A stretch of DNA of 41,206 nucleotides, taken from Nemertoderma westbladi (lineage: Eukaryota > Animalia > Xenacoelomorpha). The stretch is taken from the NCBI GenBank assembly GCA_032718475.1, contig JAUCBJ010005389.1:1-41206 (forward strand). Reading direction: 5' to 3'. The notes below the pieces were generated by a model. It saw only the letters and a program-made list of their open reading frames with translations. It was not told where the DNA came from and searched no databases. How positions within the stretch are numbered: the first letter of the stretch is position 1; the number at the start of each line of letters is the position of its first letter. The position numbers and the translations under genes were made by a program. Shown here one piece after another: positions 10,534-22,160 of the stretch.

Positions 10534-12907
10534 TGTAAAAGCTTTTACGGACATAATTTTTCCCCGCAATGCGCAGTGTAGGTGCTTTAGCGGACATAAC
10601 AAGTCATTTTTGCCGCAATGCGCATAATACTCTAAAAGATTGGAGCTCAGATGACGAAATCTGTCAGCTGATTTCCTGTAGACGTGGAACCTCCTTGTTC
10701 TGCTCAGCCAATCAGAGCGATTTTCACTTTATGTTGAACAGGGGCCTATGGAAAACCGCGCAATGCATTACGGTCTTTGTTTACCTTTCTGAGCGAAAGA
10801 ACCTGCTTGGAAATCTTCTGTACTTCTGATTTTGGAAGTTTCAGACTTTGGCCTAAACATCTGATGGCTTTGATTACAAGAACGTAAATCTATTATCTGG
10901 CCGATCACCTACCTGGAAACATTAACTGCAAGGCTGCATATCACGCATATTGTACATTGCTGCTCATATTGAACATTACGGTCTTTATACGTAACACATA
11001 CTGATTGTTCACCGCATTATTTACTTATGTTATTAATTGTTGTTATATGGATATATTGCTGATATATTTGGATAATACCGATGAATAATCATAAAACCCC
11101 CAATCTTCTTGATTACTGAAGGTGAGAAGAACAGTTTACCGGTAGCAACTGCGACTTACATTATAGTAGTTTTTGTGTGAATTAAATGCTATTTCATAAT
11201 CCCTACAAGTGTCAGTTGCGATCTTCCTTATATATGATCAAATTCAGTGACGGTCGGCAGATCAGTGTGCAGTAGTGTGAAGTAGTGTGACAGATAATAA
11301 AGCATCTCCTAAAGAATGCGCTATTTACGAAACTCAGTAGCCATCTAGTTGTGATTAGTATAAGTCATAACTCTGTTTTTATACTTAAAGCGCCACGTCC
11401 TAAAGGAACTGTTAATATTTCCCCGAAAGTAAATATATTTGTCAGAGATTATATAGTAACGATCAATCGAATAATACAGTAGGTCTGCACAGCAATAACT
11501 TTCAAAGCACCCGAATCCAGTCTCCCTTAACTGTGGGTGAATGATCGCGCACAGACTGGCTTCGGTGGATGTAACTTCAGTACATTAAATAATTGGTCTA
11601 GGCTAAAGTCGATTTATAAACAAGAAGACAACTAAAATTGGCAGGTTAAACTGCTAAAGGTCTAAAAGCGCGAACAGGGTCCGACACAACTACTGTAGGG
11701 ATGGCCTTTCTTACAGTAGGAGGGGACTTAGACCTCGGTCGGGGCCTTTCTATACTTTGATCTGGGCCACAGATCGTCTGTTCCAAGAGACTATCTGACA
11801 TTGTTTGTTTTGGGTCAGACATAATTTATTTCCAGTTGAAAGCCTATCACGAAAATAACAGTTAAAGTACGTCTAGGGCAAATCAGTATCAACTGTCAGT
11901 CTCGCAGTTACCAAAATTGTTACTAAATGTAAAGTTGGTATATGGAGTGTTAGAATACCAGTATACACCTATAGTATATATTACAGTATTACTACAGACT
12001 GGGATCAATCACTGAATACCGGTATATAAGTTATATAAATATATAATAAGCTTACTGTAAACACCGATATTATCAATAATTAAATAATAACTGATTATCC
12101 GATTTTAGGAATTATTTCCCTTTTCTCTATTATATATATATATATATATTCTCTACAATTATAAGCCCTTTTAGACTATTTAGCGCATTGCGTAAAATGA
12201 CTTATTTTGTCCGCAAAAGCTTTTACACTGCGTATTGGTAAATCTAAGAGAAGGCGCGAAAATTTGTGGAGGTTATAATACAGTAGGAACAATGTATACA
12301 GTTTGTATGAACGAAAGGGACTATATTGGTTTGGGGATTGGCACCATACTCACAGATGATGAGATGGGTGACTGACACTTTGGGAGTGTAGGCCCTATAT
12401 AGTTGAAGTGTTAACATTAGAGCGGTCAGATGTTTAGTGATTATTGGCAATGTTGCGGTGTATTTAATGCGACGGTTTTAATATAGGATTTATTCTTGGG
12501 TACATTTTCTACATTAAATGTACCTTTCCATGTACCATGACGTAAATTTTCCTATTTATTATTGTGTATTATTGGTGTCTATGTTATTCGCAACGTACGT
12601 TGAATAACTTTTATTGGTGAGGAATAGTAGTTATTGATCTAGTAGTAGTTATCAAATATACATTGAAGTCAACCTGAACCTTCTTATTGATGACACTGCT
12701 TCCCGGGTCTACTACATATCCTCGACTAGTACGAATTGACCGGCAGCAGGTTCCCTGAACGAAACCGGAGGTATAGTGGGACGGGAGGTAGATATCCTAC
12801 TTGGGAAGCCCTTAAGGATCGGATAAGGGTCTTTCGATATTCGCACCCCCATGACGAAAGATAACACATATCCCTTCAATGACGTTTGTTGAAGGAGTTC
12901 CCTTACA
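10534..12907 (+). repeat. Probable 3' LTR (TGTAA...TTACA), ~2.37 kb; alternative end at 12227
   Basis: Starts TGTAA after the PPT and ends CCTTACA at 12907. Contains a CCAAT box (gccaatcag ~10708) and a hairpin cluster at 12785-12897. An alternative end GCTTTTACA at 12227 mirrors the start. Confidence 0.55.
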
Positions 12908-14429
12908 AGAAAAATTCATGGGTATGATTTTTTTTTTTTACAAAATTGCATATTATCAGAAATAGAAAAATACAATACAAAAAGTGGCCAAAAATATGAT
13001 GAAAATGAACATGCTGGTTCCAAAAAATGTGGTAACGAAAAATAAAAATGGAAAATAACGGAGTAGTAGTCTTATAAGCGGATCTTTTTAAATCTCACGC
13101 CTGCCGCTAGGGGGCAGGGCGGCATAAAAAATATTTTTTTCACGCATCGCATTTTTTCAGTTCATTTTCTTTTCGATAGGGGAGGCTTACCCCCCCCCCC
13201 CCCCCCTTAAGATATAAATAGAGATTTTTTTTTTGGAAAACACGATACGTTTTGAATTTTTAATTCATTATATTTGTCACTAATTTTATTTTAATCAATC
13301 AGTGCTATTTTACAGTAATGTACAATGATATCTAAATAACACAGTAAGTCATTATTAACCTTTTAAACATCCAGGAATAATTAACTGCATTTCAATAATA
13401 ATGGAATATATAAATAAAATGCATATCAAATTTAATACATATAATATGAGTTTAGTACTGTAGGGGTCTACTGTAAGATAAGGCTAACTTATCTTACATA
13501 CTGTAAGGAGGTTAGCCCTATTACCATGGGGTGTTTAGACCAGATTAGTAACACTGGGGTGGGGGGGGGGGAGATTCCCCCCCCCCCCCCCCCCCCTCAT
13601 TGGTAATGTGGTTAAAATGAATAATCTGAAAGAAATCAACAGTAAAAACCGGTTTTTATTTAAAAAATTTTTGAACAATCCGCGGGAAAGCAATTCCGGA
13701 GTGGGTCAAATCACGCGACGCTATCATTAAAACAATTCTTCGAAATTAATAACGGCAACAATTTGAAACGATATTCTCGAATACAAATTAAAATTGAGCA
13801 ATTCTAACACAAAATCTGTATTTAAGAAATTAACCAAACCGCAAATGAATCATAAGAGGGGAAAGTTGCTCGCTTTCAACCCCCTGCCCCCCCCCCCCCC
13901 CCCCACCCTTAATCTGCACCCCAACCCAAAGTCACACAGAAGATTGTTCACAGGTAGGTATTAACAGAAAATTTGTTTCTTAAAAGTAATATACAGTATT
14001 TTAGGCGTGGAGGCGACCCAATTTATAAGAAATATTATAACTTACCTTATGACGTTTTAGTAATGATACTGAAATATTAATTTACCATGTCGATGTCACA
14101 ACAAAATTATTTAGCTATATTTATTTTAATAAAGAATCTCCATTAAATACTCAGCCAATCATTTTGCGAGATAAACAATAAGCAAGCTGTCGTGTTAACT
14201 ACAGGGCCTAACACTATTACATGTCCTATAGAATTACACCATGCTGGAATAGTGGTGAGGTGGAACTGGTCGGACTGATTCCTAGCCCGGCAAACACACC
14301 GGAGGTGTTCTAGCACATATCTGATGTTTCAGCTAATTCAGTGATTGTACTTTGATATATTTTGCCCTCTAGCGGTAGACTAGAGAAGCAGACAGATGAG
14401 CCTCCTTGGAATGACACAGTTAATGGTCT

Positions 14430-15292
14430 AGTACAAATATGCCAAGTTTCAGCTAGAACGGGTTTAAAGCAAAGAAAATGCGAGGATATATAATATCTAG
14501 ACATGTAGCCCTCTATCGAGAGAGTGAGGATTTGATGGTGTCTGGAAGTCCCTAAAAAACAAAACTTATGGTCTTATTATTGATGCCTACTAATTTTAGA
14601 CTCGAAAGCTTTAAATCCGGAGAAGTTATAAGTAAGTCAAAATCGTAGCAACGATGATGACATACAGTACCATCATTGAATGAACTATTTTCCATAATTG
14701 AGCTACCCCCCTAAGAGATAGCGTCAATTCGCAAAGGCTCCACCAACTTCGTGGCTCGGACCCTATACCCCATGCTATAAAATGTATTCAATCGATATAC
14801 AATTATATATTAATCCGCTAGGTGGTGGTAAATTATTATTCTGCAATTTCGTACTTGTACAGTACAGCAGCACTGTTCCGGTAGGCCTATGTCATTACTT
14901 CGGAGTCTCTAGCCAATCCCCAATTAAATGTCTTAACTTTTCAATTTCGTAGCGAAGAAGATAGACTTTATGATTCTCTACAAGCAACCAAAATTTCAGC
15001 TCTGGAAAAAGAGGCATTCCCGAGAAATTTAACATTTTCTAAAAACCACATAATCTGTCGTAGCTGAAGTCAAACTGCATGATTTTTCACCAAACTTTAC
15101 AGATTTTCTAAACTTTCCCTCTACTACTTACCTATATGTTTGGTTGAATTTCGAATCAGCGATGCCGAGAAATTCGCGTTCAAAGATTTACCAGACAGAC
15201 GGACAGACAGACAGATGGACATGCCCCATTTGCCCTATATGAATCGTATGCCAAGGCTCGCCGACTACGTGTCTCGCCCCACAGTAGGCTTA
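14430..15292. mobile_element. Helentron/DINE-1-like non-autonomous element fragments
   Basis: (GACA)n microsatellite cagacagacggacagacagacagatggac at 15192-15220 followed by a GC-rich end motif (ggctcgccgactacgtgtctcgccc). acttcgtggctcg at ~14746 is the reverse complement of cgagccacgaagt at ~37230. Confidence 0.45.
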
Positions 15293-15344
15293 GTTTGACG
15301 TAGAACATGATTGATAGAACTAAAATAAATCTATGGTGGCCCAA

Positions 15345-17715
15345 CAGCTGATGTTTAGGGCTGCCCTTAGTAGTCTTGTGTAGCAACCATCAATTCGTTG
15401 TTCAAGTGATTTAGTCAGTGTCCAGGTCTCACCCCCATATAAAAATACACTTTCCACTGTGGCTCGAAAGAACTTAGTCTTCAGGTGCCTGGAGAGATCT
15501 GATTTCCAGATGGTATCCATTTTTGCTACCCACAAGCCTTTGCTTTCCTAACTTTTATGTCCTTTTTGCTACTCTCTATCCATGATCCAAGGTACTGGAA
15601 GTCATCGACCTTCCTTAGTTGATTATTATCAATGGTTGTCAAGTTTCCATCAACATTAAAGGCCATGAATTCGGTCTTGGTAGCATTTATATGCAATCCA
15701 ACATCCTTAGCAGCCCTCTCCACTTTATTTAGTAGAAGCTGTGCATCTGCTAGCGTATTAGAGAGTAGCGATGTCATCCGCAAAGTCGGTGTCTGTGACT
15801 GTAGTTGCCGGATATCTACTACTTCTGCGTTCTTGAAGTGTGAATCCCAGATCTTCACCCTTTGTGGCCGTCCTCATTGCGTAATCCAGCACAATTACAA
15901 ATAGTAATGGTGCTAATGTGTCACCTTGCAGTACGCCAGCCAGGATTGAGAAAAACTCAGTTTCAACATCTGGTGAGAGTACCTGCGCTTCTGTGTCACA
16001 ATATAACAATCCAATGCCAGCAACAATTACTTCTGGTATTCCATAAGCTCTTAGGATTTCAAGCATTTACCTCTATGGATGGAGTCGAATGCCTTCTTGA
16101 AGTCCACAAATGTCATGACTGCGGGGAGATTCTTTGACTTCATTCCTTTAATCAGTCTCCGTAGTGCAAGTATCTGAGCTATTGTTGATCTACTTGGTCG
16201 AAATCCGTTTTGGCTCTTACGCAGTAGTTTCTCTATGTGAGGCCTAGTCCTATATAGAATCATTTTATTATATATTTTGGCAGCTACCACAAGCAGACAG
16301 ATCCCACGATAGTTTGTTGGAATGTCGAGCTCTCCTTTCTTGGGGAGAGGCTTTAGTTGACCTTTAGTCCAAAATGGTGGTGGCTTTTCCCCTTTTAACA
16401 TCCGGTTGCAAACATTCAATAATGGTCTGCTTAGCACTCCGGTTTTCCATACCTCCGCTGGGGATTTCATCTAATCCACTCGCTTTATTATTGGACATGC
16501 TTTTAATGCTTCTTTGGAGTTCGGCAGGTGTGAAGTCCCCTGTTTCTATAGGTAGTGTCTTGTCATATATTTTCCTTGTAGGGCTGACCTCGATGTTTGG
16601 TGGCTGCCCAAGCAAGTTGCTGAAGTGACTTTTCCACTTCCCAACACGTTCTTCAGGACTATCGGCTTTGAGGCGCCCCTTTGCACAACTTTTCCGACCA
16701 GATACCTCATGTCGCAGTTTCCTGGCTGATATTGTAGGCCAATTTAAGATCATCCTTAGCTTTCTCAACCTTGTTAATGTTTTCGGTTGTTGGTTGTTCG
16801 GTTTTAACTTTGTAGGCTATCTTAAGATCTTCTCTCTTACAAGTAACCTCAGAGTTTTGCCATGGCACATAATGTTTTCGTTTGGGTTTCTGGGGAATAT
16901 GCCTCTTAGCTGATTCCTTGTGGGCTGTTATTATATTCTGGTATATTATATATATATATATTATATTATATATAATCGGTGGATTGGTCTTCATCCATTG
17001 ACTGAAGTGCTTCAAAGCGGTTTTGAACTTCTACTGTATAAGCATCCTTTACAGCATTGTCAGTTCTGAGTTTCTCCCAGTCATAGTTGATTTGCTTGCT
17101 TGTCCTGGGTTTGCTGGCTCTCAAACTGAGTCTGATCTCTGCAGTCACAATTCTGTGGTCCGAACCAATTAGATTGAACGAGCTGTATGCCTCGCAGTTG
17201 ATCATGCTGTTTCTCCACTTTTTGTGTATAAGGATGTAATCCAGTTGTACTTTGGTTCCATTAGGGTATTGAAAGGTCCATAGCTTCCCCTTACTCTTTT
17301 CGAATATGTTGTTTGTTGGTATCAATTCACATTCTTCCATTAGGTCTAAAAGTAAGTACCCATTTCTGTTAGAATTGGTGTTATAGGTGTAACCCTTGAT
17401 GTCTTCTGGGCCAATTTGCGCATTCAGGTCACCAGCAATGACTTTAACATTGTGTTTCGGTTTCGGAATGTCCTTTATAAGTCCAGTCAGTTCTTCATAA
17501 AACTTTACTGCTTGTTCTGTCTCTGAGGCATTGGTTGGACTGTAGCAACATATAACTGTTGCCTTGGGATTCCCATCAAATGTTGCGATCATAACCCTGA
17601 AAATTATAGATTCGATGTTGTTTGGGGTCTTAAGTGCAAATGGGCTTAGCAGAATTCCTACTCCACCAATTGATGCATTGGCCGAGTTTCTTACTGCTGA
17701 GCTTGTTACTGCTGA
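15345..17715 (-). mobile_element. Degenerate RTE-like LINE (APE endonuclease + RT), frameshifted, both ends truncated
   Basis: Endonuclease: GGVGILL, VICCYSPTN, AGDLNAQ, QLDYIL, SDHRIV. RT: NYRGICL, QNGFRP, FVDFKKAFDSIHR, GVLQGDTLAPLLF, DTDFADD, FQYLGS; C-terminal ESVFLYGGETWTLT. Split over several frames, with a (TA)n expansion at ~16945. Confidence 0.9.
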
Positions 17716-17892
17716 GTGTATAATCTTATCGTGTATAATTACAGGGCAGTGATTTTTTATGTCCTTTTATTTGACTTTTTTGTCCTCCTTTTTTTACGAA
17801 TTGTGCATAATGACTTTTGTTGTCCCTTTAATGACTTTTGATGTCCTTTTAATGACTTTTTATGTATGTATTTCTTCAAACTGTCAGACTTC

Positions 17893-18050
17893 TGATTTCT
17901 GGACTGTCAGACAGTTGATTTCAACATGCCTATGCCAAAACATTCAACATTTGTTGATTTCTGGTCTGTCGGACAGTTGGTTTCACTATGCCTGTGCCAA
18001 AACATTCAAAATTCCATGATTTATAGACTATGAGCTACAGTAGATTTCCA
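17893..18050. repeat. ~62-bp tandem repeat, ~2.5 copies
   Basis: tgatttctgg.ctgtc.gacagttg.tttca..atgcct.tgccaaaacattcaa is repeated. Confidence 0.7.
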
Positions 18051-18159
18051 TATGCGCCTGTGGTAAAAGACTCTAAATTTAATAGTTTGTGGTTGTTGTC
18101 GATAATCGATTACCACATGATGTAGCAAAACACTCATTTTATAGCCAAAAACAATTACC

Positions 18160-18820
18160 AATTGATGGAAAGGAGCAGGTTAAGGCCAGATTTTCTAACC
18201 AAAACAATAAACAGTCACTTTACCAAATGAAGGAAAGGAGCAGGTTACAGAGACTAGCCTTTCTAACCAAAACAATAAACGGTCACTTTACCGAATCAGG
18301 GAAAGGAGCAGGTTACAGAGGCGGGATTTTCTAACCAAAACAATAAACAATCACTTTACCAAATGAAGGAAAGGAGCAGGTTACGTAGATGGTCTTTTCT
18401 AACCAAAACAATAAACGATAACATTACCAATTGAGAGAAAGGAGCAGGTTACAGAGGCGGGATTTCCTAACCAAAACAATAAACGATCACTTAACTAATT
18501 GAGGGAAAGGAGCAGGTTACAGAGGCGGGATTTTCTAACCAAAACAATAAACGATCACTTAACTAATTGAGGGAAAGGAGCAGGTTACAGAGGCGGGATT
18601 TTCTAACCAAAAACAATAAACGATCATTTAACTAAATGAGGGAAAGGGGCACGTTACATAAGTGGGATTTTCTAACCAAAACAATAAACAGTCACTTTAC
18701 AAAATGAAGGAAAGGAGCAGGTTACAGAGGCGGGCCTTTCTAACCAAAACAATAAACGGTCACTTTACCAAATCAGGGAAAGGAGCAGGTTACAGAGGCG
18801 GGATTTTCTAACCAAAACAA
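18160..18820. repeat. 68-bp minisatellite, ~10 copies
   Basis: The motif ggagcaggtt recurs at 18172, 18237, 18305, 18373, 18441, 18509, 18577, 18646 (variant), 18714 and 18782. The unit includes ttctaaccaaaacaataaac. Confidence 0.95.
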
Positions 18821-18880
18821 CCGGTCAGTCGGTAGGCCTACCATTACCGTATTTAAATGGTAGGCTACACAATAGGCCTA

Positions 18881-19149
18881 AGGTCCAGGCGGGGCCTGGC
18901 CTGCAATCCTGGCCTGCCTTGAGCGCCGGGCCTGCAATCTATTGGTTGTTAGTTCAGCCCCGCCAGGGTCCACTCAGCCTTTCATCCACTGGGGTCGATA
19001 AAAATGAGTACCAGTTAAAATAACTGGGAGCAAAACTTGGGATAGGAGTAGCGCCCACCCCTACCCTCTTGGGTAGCAGCTATCGAAAGAGGAGCCTTCG
19101 GGTCGCCTCCGGCTTCGGCCGACTGTTTGCTTGCTTTGCTTGCTTGCTT
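18881..19149 (+). mobile_element. tRNA-derived SINE with Meta-domain-like core and (TTGC)n tail; 17-bp TSD
   Basis: Exact TSD gctacacaataggccta at 18864-18880 and 19150-19166. B-box-like agttcagccc; core ggtccactcagcctttcatccactggggtcgataaaaatgagtaccag recognised from memory as MetaSINE-like; simple-repeat tail. Confidence 0.8.
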
Positions 19150-20428
19150 GCTACACAATAGGCCTACAGCAGTACCTGTGCCGGAACCGGTACTAAAATA
19201 CCTGCTTTTTACCTACAGTCTTGTTCACAATTAAAATCCATTCTTCAATCTGCATCAATCTGAATCAATCTACTCTCGTAGAAAAATAATAGTTAGATTG
19301 ATGAAATTGAACCTACTTTCAACTTCTTCAATCCAGACTTTCTGTCTAGATTGATCAGATTTAACAGATTGAAAATGTAGAGCCGAAGTATCCCTCTGTG
19401 CAGAGATTGCATGGGTTAGTATAGGGCAGTGTAGGGCAGGGAAATAAAGAGCAGGGCGGCTAGGCGGGTAGACTAAGCTCAAAGAGCATGGCGGCTGCAT
19501 CAAACAACTACAGGCCAGGCTACTAATGGGATCCCGCAAAGCCTTAGATTGATTGACAGGCACTGTAACAATACAGTTGGTGTGTGTGTGGTGTTCTACT
19601 GAATTGCGGTAGTGTACTGTAGAATACTGTAGTTAAATTCCTCCTTTCCAGTTGCAGTCTATACAATGTACTGTAGATTATTTTACTTGGCTAACCGCAC
19701 TATTCCCTGCATTAAATATTACAATAAACGAATAACCCCTGGAAAATGCTTGGTAGAATGTATCGTTCTGTATAAATAATTTTTCAATAAATAATTGTTT
19801 ATAATTAAATATATTTATGTTACTTATTATTCAATTATTTAATTTAATTATACAAATAAAAGCATGCAAATAACACAACAAGGAATGAATAAATATAATC
19901 ATAATCATTAGATCATTATAATGCAATCTCTTATTTACAATATTTAATGCGCTGCATGTCCCTTAGATAGTTTATGTTTAAAAAAACCGTTCGTTATCGC
20001 TTTCGCCGCTATAGATATTTTAAACGTTTTTATTTTGCATTTACAATTCTGCACTGGTGAAAACAAGTTCCAAAACCCGTAGGAGAAATTTTCCTATTGA
20101 TTCTGCGTCTGGATTCTGACTAAGGTTTCGCAGAGTTTCCAAGGAGATGCCATACTTTTGCAATGGAATGGTTTCCAATTGTTCGGATTTATTTGACCGT
20201 GTGGATGATAGTGTTTTTTCAGCCGCGGGTAGAATATCATTCCCTTGTGACATTAAACGTTAAATAGCATCAGTAAGACGCAATGACATAGCGCTATTCT
20301 CCATTAATATTAAATTAGTTGATTGCAAACTCAAAACAAACTGTAAGTAAATTGATCAACTGTTGTTGTCCGTACCAAGGAGCAGGGCCAGAATTTCCCA
20401 ATGTTGTGATACCGGCAACCATACCTTC

Positions 20429-21378
20429 TAACCCAGCCACACTCGAACCACCTAGACCAGCCACACCCAAACCAGAACTTCCTAACCCAGCCACACCCAA
20501 ACCACCTAGACCAGCCACACCCAAACCAGAACTTCCTAACCCAGCCACACCCAAACCACCTAGACAGCCACACCCGAATCAGAACGTCCTAACCCAGCCG
20601 CAGCCACACCGAACCAGCTGGACCAGCCACTCCCGAACCACCTAGACCAGCCACACCCAAACCACCTAGACCAGCCAACCCGAACCCCCTATACCAGTCA
20701 CACCCGAAACACCTGGACCAGCCACACCCGAACCACCTAGACCAGCCACACCTAAACCACCTAGACCAGCCACACCCGAACCACCTAGACCAGCTACACC
20801 CGAACCCCCTAGACCAGCGACACCCGAACCACCTAGACCAGCCACACCCGAACCACATGGACTAGCCACACCCGAACCACCTGGACCAGCCACACCCGAA
20901 CCACCTGGATCAGCCACACCCGAACCACCTAGACCAGCCACACCCGAACCCCCTATACCAGTCACACCCGAAACACCTGGACCAGCCACACCCGAACCAC
21001 CTAGACCAGCCACACCTAAACCACCTGGACCAGCCACACCCGAACCACCTAGACCAGCTACACCCGAACCCCCTAGACCAGCCACACCCGAACCACCTAG
21101 ACCAGCCACACCCGAACCACCTGGACCAGCCACACCCGAACCACCTGGACCAGCCACACCCGAACCACCTGGACCAGCCACACCCGAACCACCTAGACCA
21201 GCCACACCCGAACCCCCTATACGAGCTACACCCGAACCACCTGGACCAGCCACACCCGAACCACCTAGACCAGCCACACCCGAACCACCTGGACCAGTCA
21301 CACCCGAACCACCTAGACCAGCCACACCCGAACCACCTAGACCAGCCACACCCGAACCACCTAGACCAGCCACACCCA
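20429..21378. repeat. 24-bp tandem array (ccacacccgaaccacctagaccag), ~38-40 units; reads PRPATPEP on + and GLGGSGVA on -
   Basis: Periodicity is directly visible, with 27-bp variant units at the left end. Confidence 0.95.
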
Positions 21379-21740
21379 ATTTATGGTATGATCTCTTTAT
21401 TTGCTATACCATGTTAAATTTAATCAGTTAGTAAACATTTAATTTGTAATATACTGTAAATAATGCTTACTAAAATACATTTACTTTATTGGCTTGCAAG
21501 TGCCCCATAATTTATCTGATCCCTGCATTAATCTACTCATTCAAATCAACAAACAGCTTTACTTTGGGGAGCCAACCACGACCGTCTGTCAATCACTCAG
21601 TAGGCTAGAAACTTGCGGTGCCATGAAAGAGTTTTACAGATTGAGGAAATTGAACAGATTGAACAGATTGAAGAATGGACTTTAATTGAGAACACAACTG
21701 TACATCTGTACATACAATACAGCAAAATAGTGCTCTATAT

Positions 21741-21940
21741 ACTAATACCGGTACTGATAGCCTGAGAGAACAGCAGTAGAGAAACCGGTAGCATGGAACC
21801 TAACGGTAAATTTCTGGAGGACATAAAAAGTAAAAAAAAAACTAATACCGGTACTGATAGCCTGAGAGAACAGCAGAAGAGAAACCGGAAGCGGAACCTA
21901 ACGGTAAATTTCTGGAGGACATAAAAAGTAAAAAAAAAAA
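21741..21940. repeat. Near-perfect 100-bp tandem duplication
   Basis: actaataccggtactgatagcctgagagaacagcag...ggaggacataaaaagtaaaaaaaaa at 21741 and 21841. Confidence 0.95.
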
Positions 21941-22160
21941 GGACATCATGAGTGATTTAAACGGACAATAGAAATTATTGCGTAATTTCAGTATACATGC
22001 AGTATATAGTTCTTGGTTTGTAATTGATTTGTACTAAAACTAATTTTAAGTGTAGGCCTATGTTGTTGATTAATTTAACAGTAAACAATGAAAGAATTTA
22101 AATTGTTATAAATTTTACGTTACTTTTCAATATCACGAGGAATCCTCACAGGATTCACCA

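Larger units (their letters stand above)
1..12907 (+). mobile_element. BEL/Pao-superfamily LTR retrotransposon, decayed, 5' part outside the window; gag-pol plus accessory ORF and probable 3' LTR
   Basis: Gag with Pao-type zinc knuckles and domain order PR-RT-RH-IN. PPT-like GGGAGCGG directly precedes TGTAA at 10534, and TTACA ends at 12907 where sequence becomes AT-rich. Inclusion of 6540-12907 in the same element is inferred because no 5' LTR is in the window. Confidence 0.8.
17742..21946. mobile_element. Possible TIR DNA element (left end CAGGGCAGTG) with partial right end
   Basis: 17759-17788 atgtccttttatttgacttttttgtcctcc is an imperfect inverted copy of 21914-21946 ggaggacataaaaagtaaaaaaaaaaggacat. 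The outermost right terminus and a TSD are not seen. Confidence 0.4.

Noticed and set aside
12735-12770. Hammerhead-like stem gttc-cct-gaac followed by GAAAC
   Set aside because: No CUGANGA core or cleavage-site stem is present.
18160-18820. CRISPR-like regular array
   Set aside because: Units are similar along their whole length with no unique spacers; no cas genes; eukaryotic context.
18920-18965. tRNA-Cys-like sequence
   Set aside because: No complete cloverleaf; it is the SINE head.
20666-21379. 237-aa Gly-rich ORF as a standalone silk- or elastin-like gene
   Set aside because: Openness follows from the stop-free 24-bp repeat; there is no ATG start or signal peptide.
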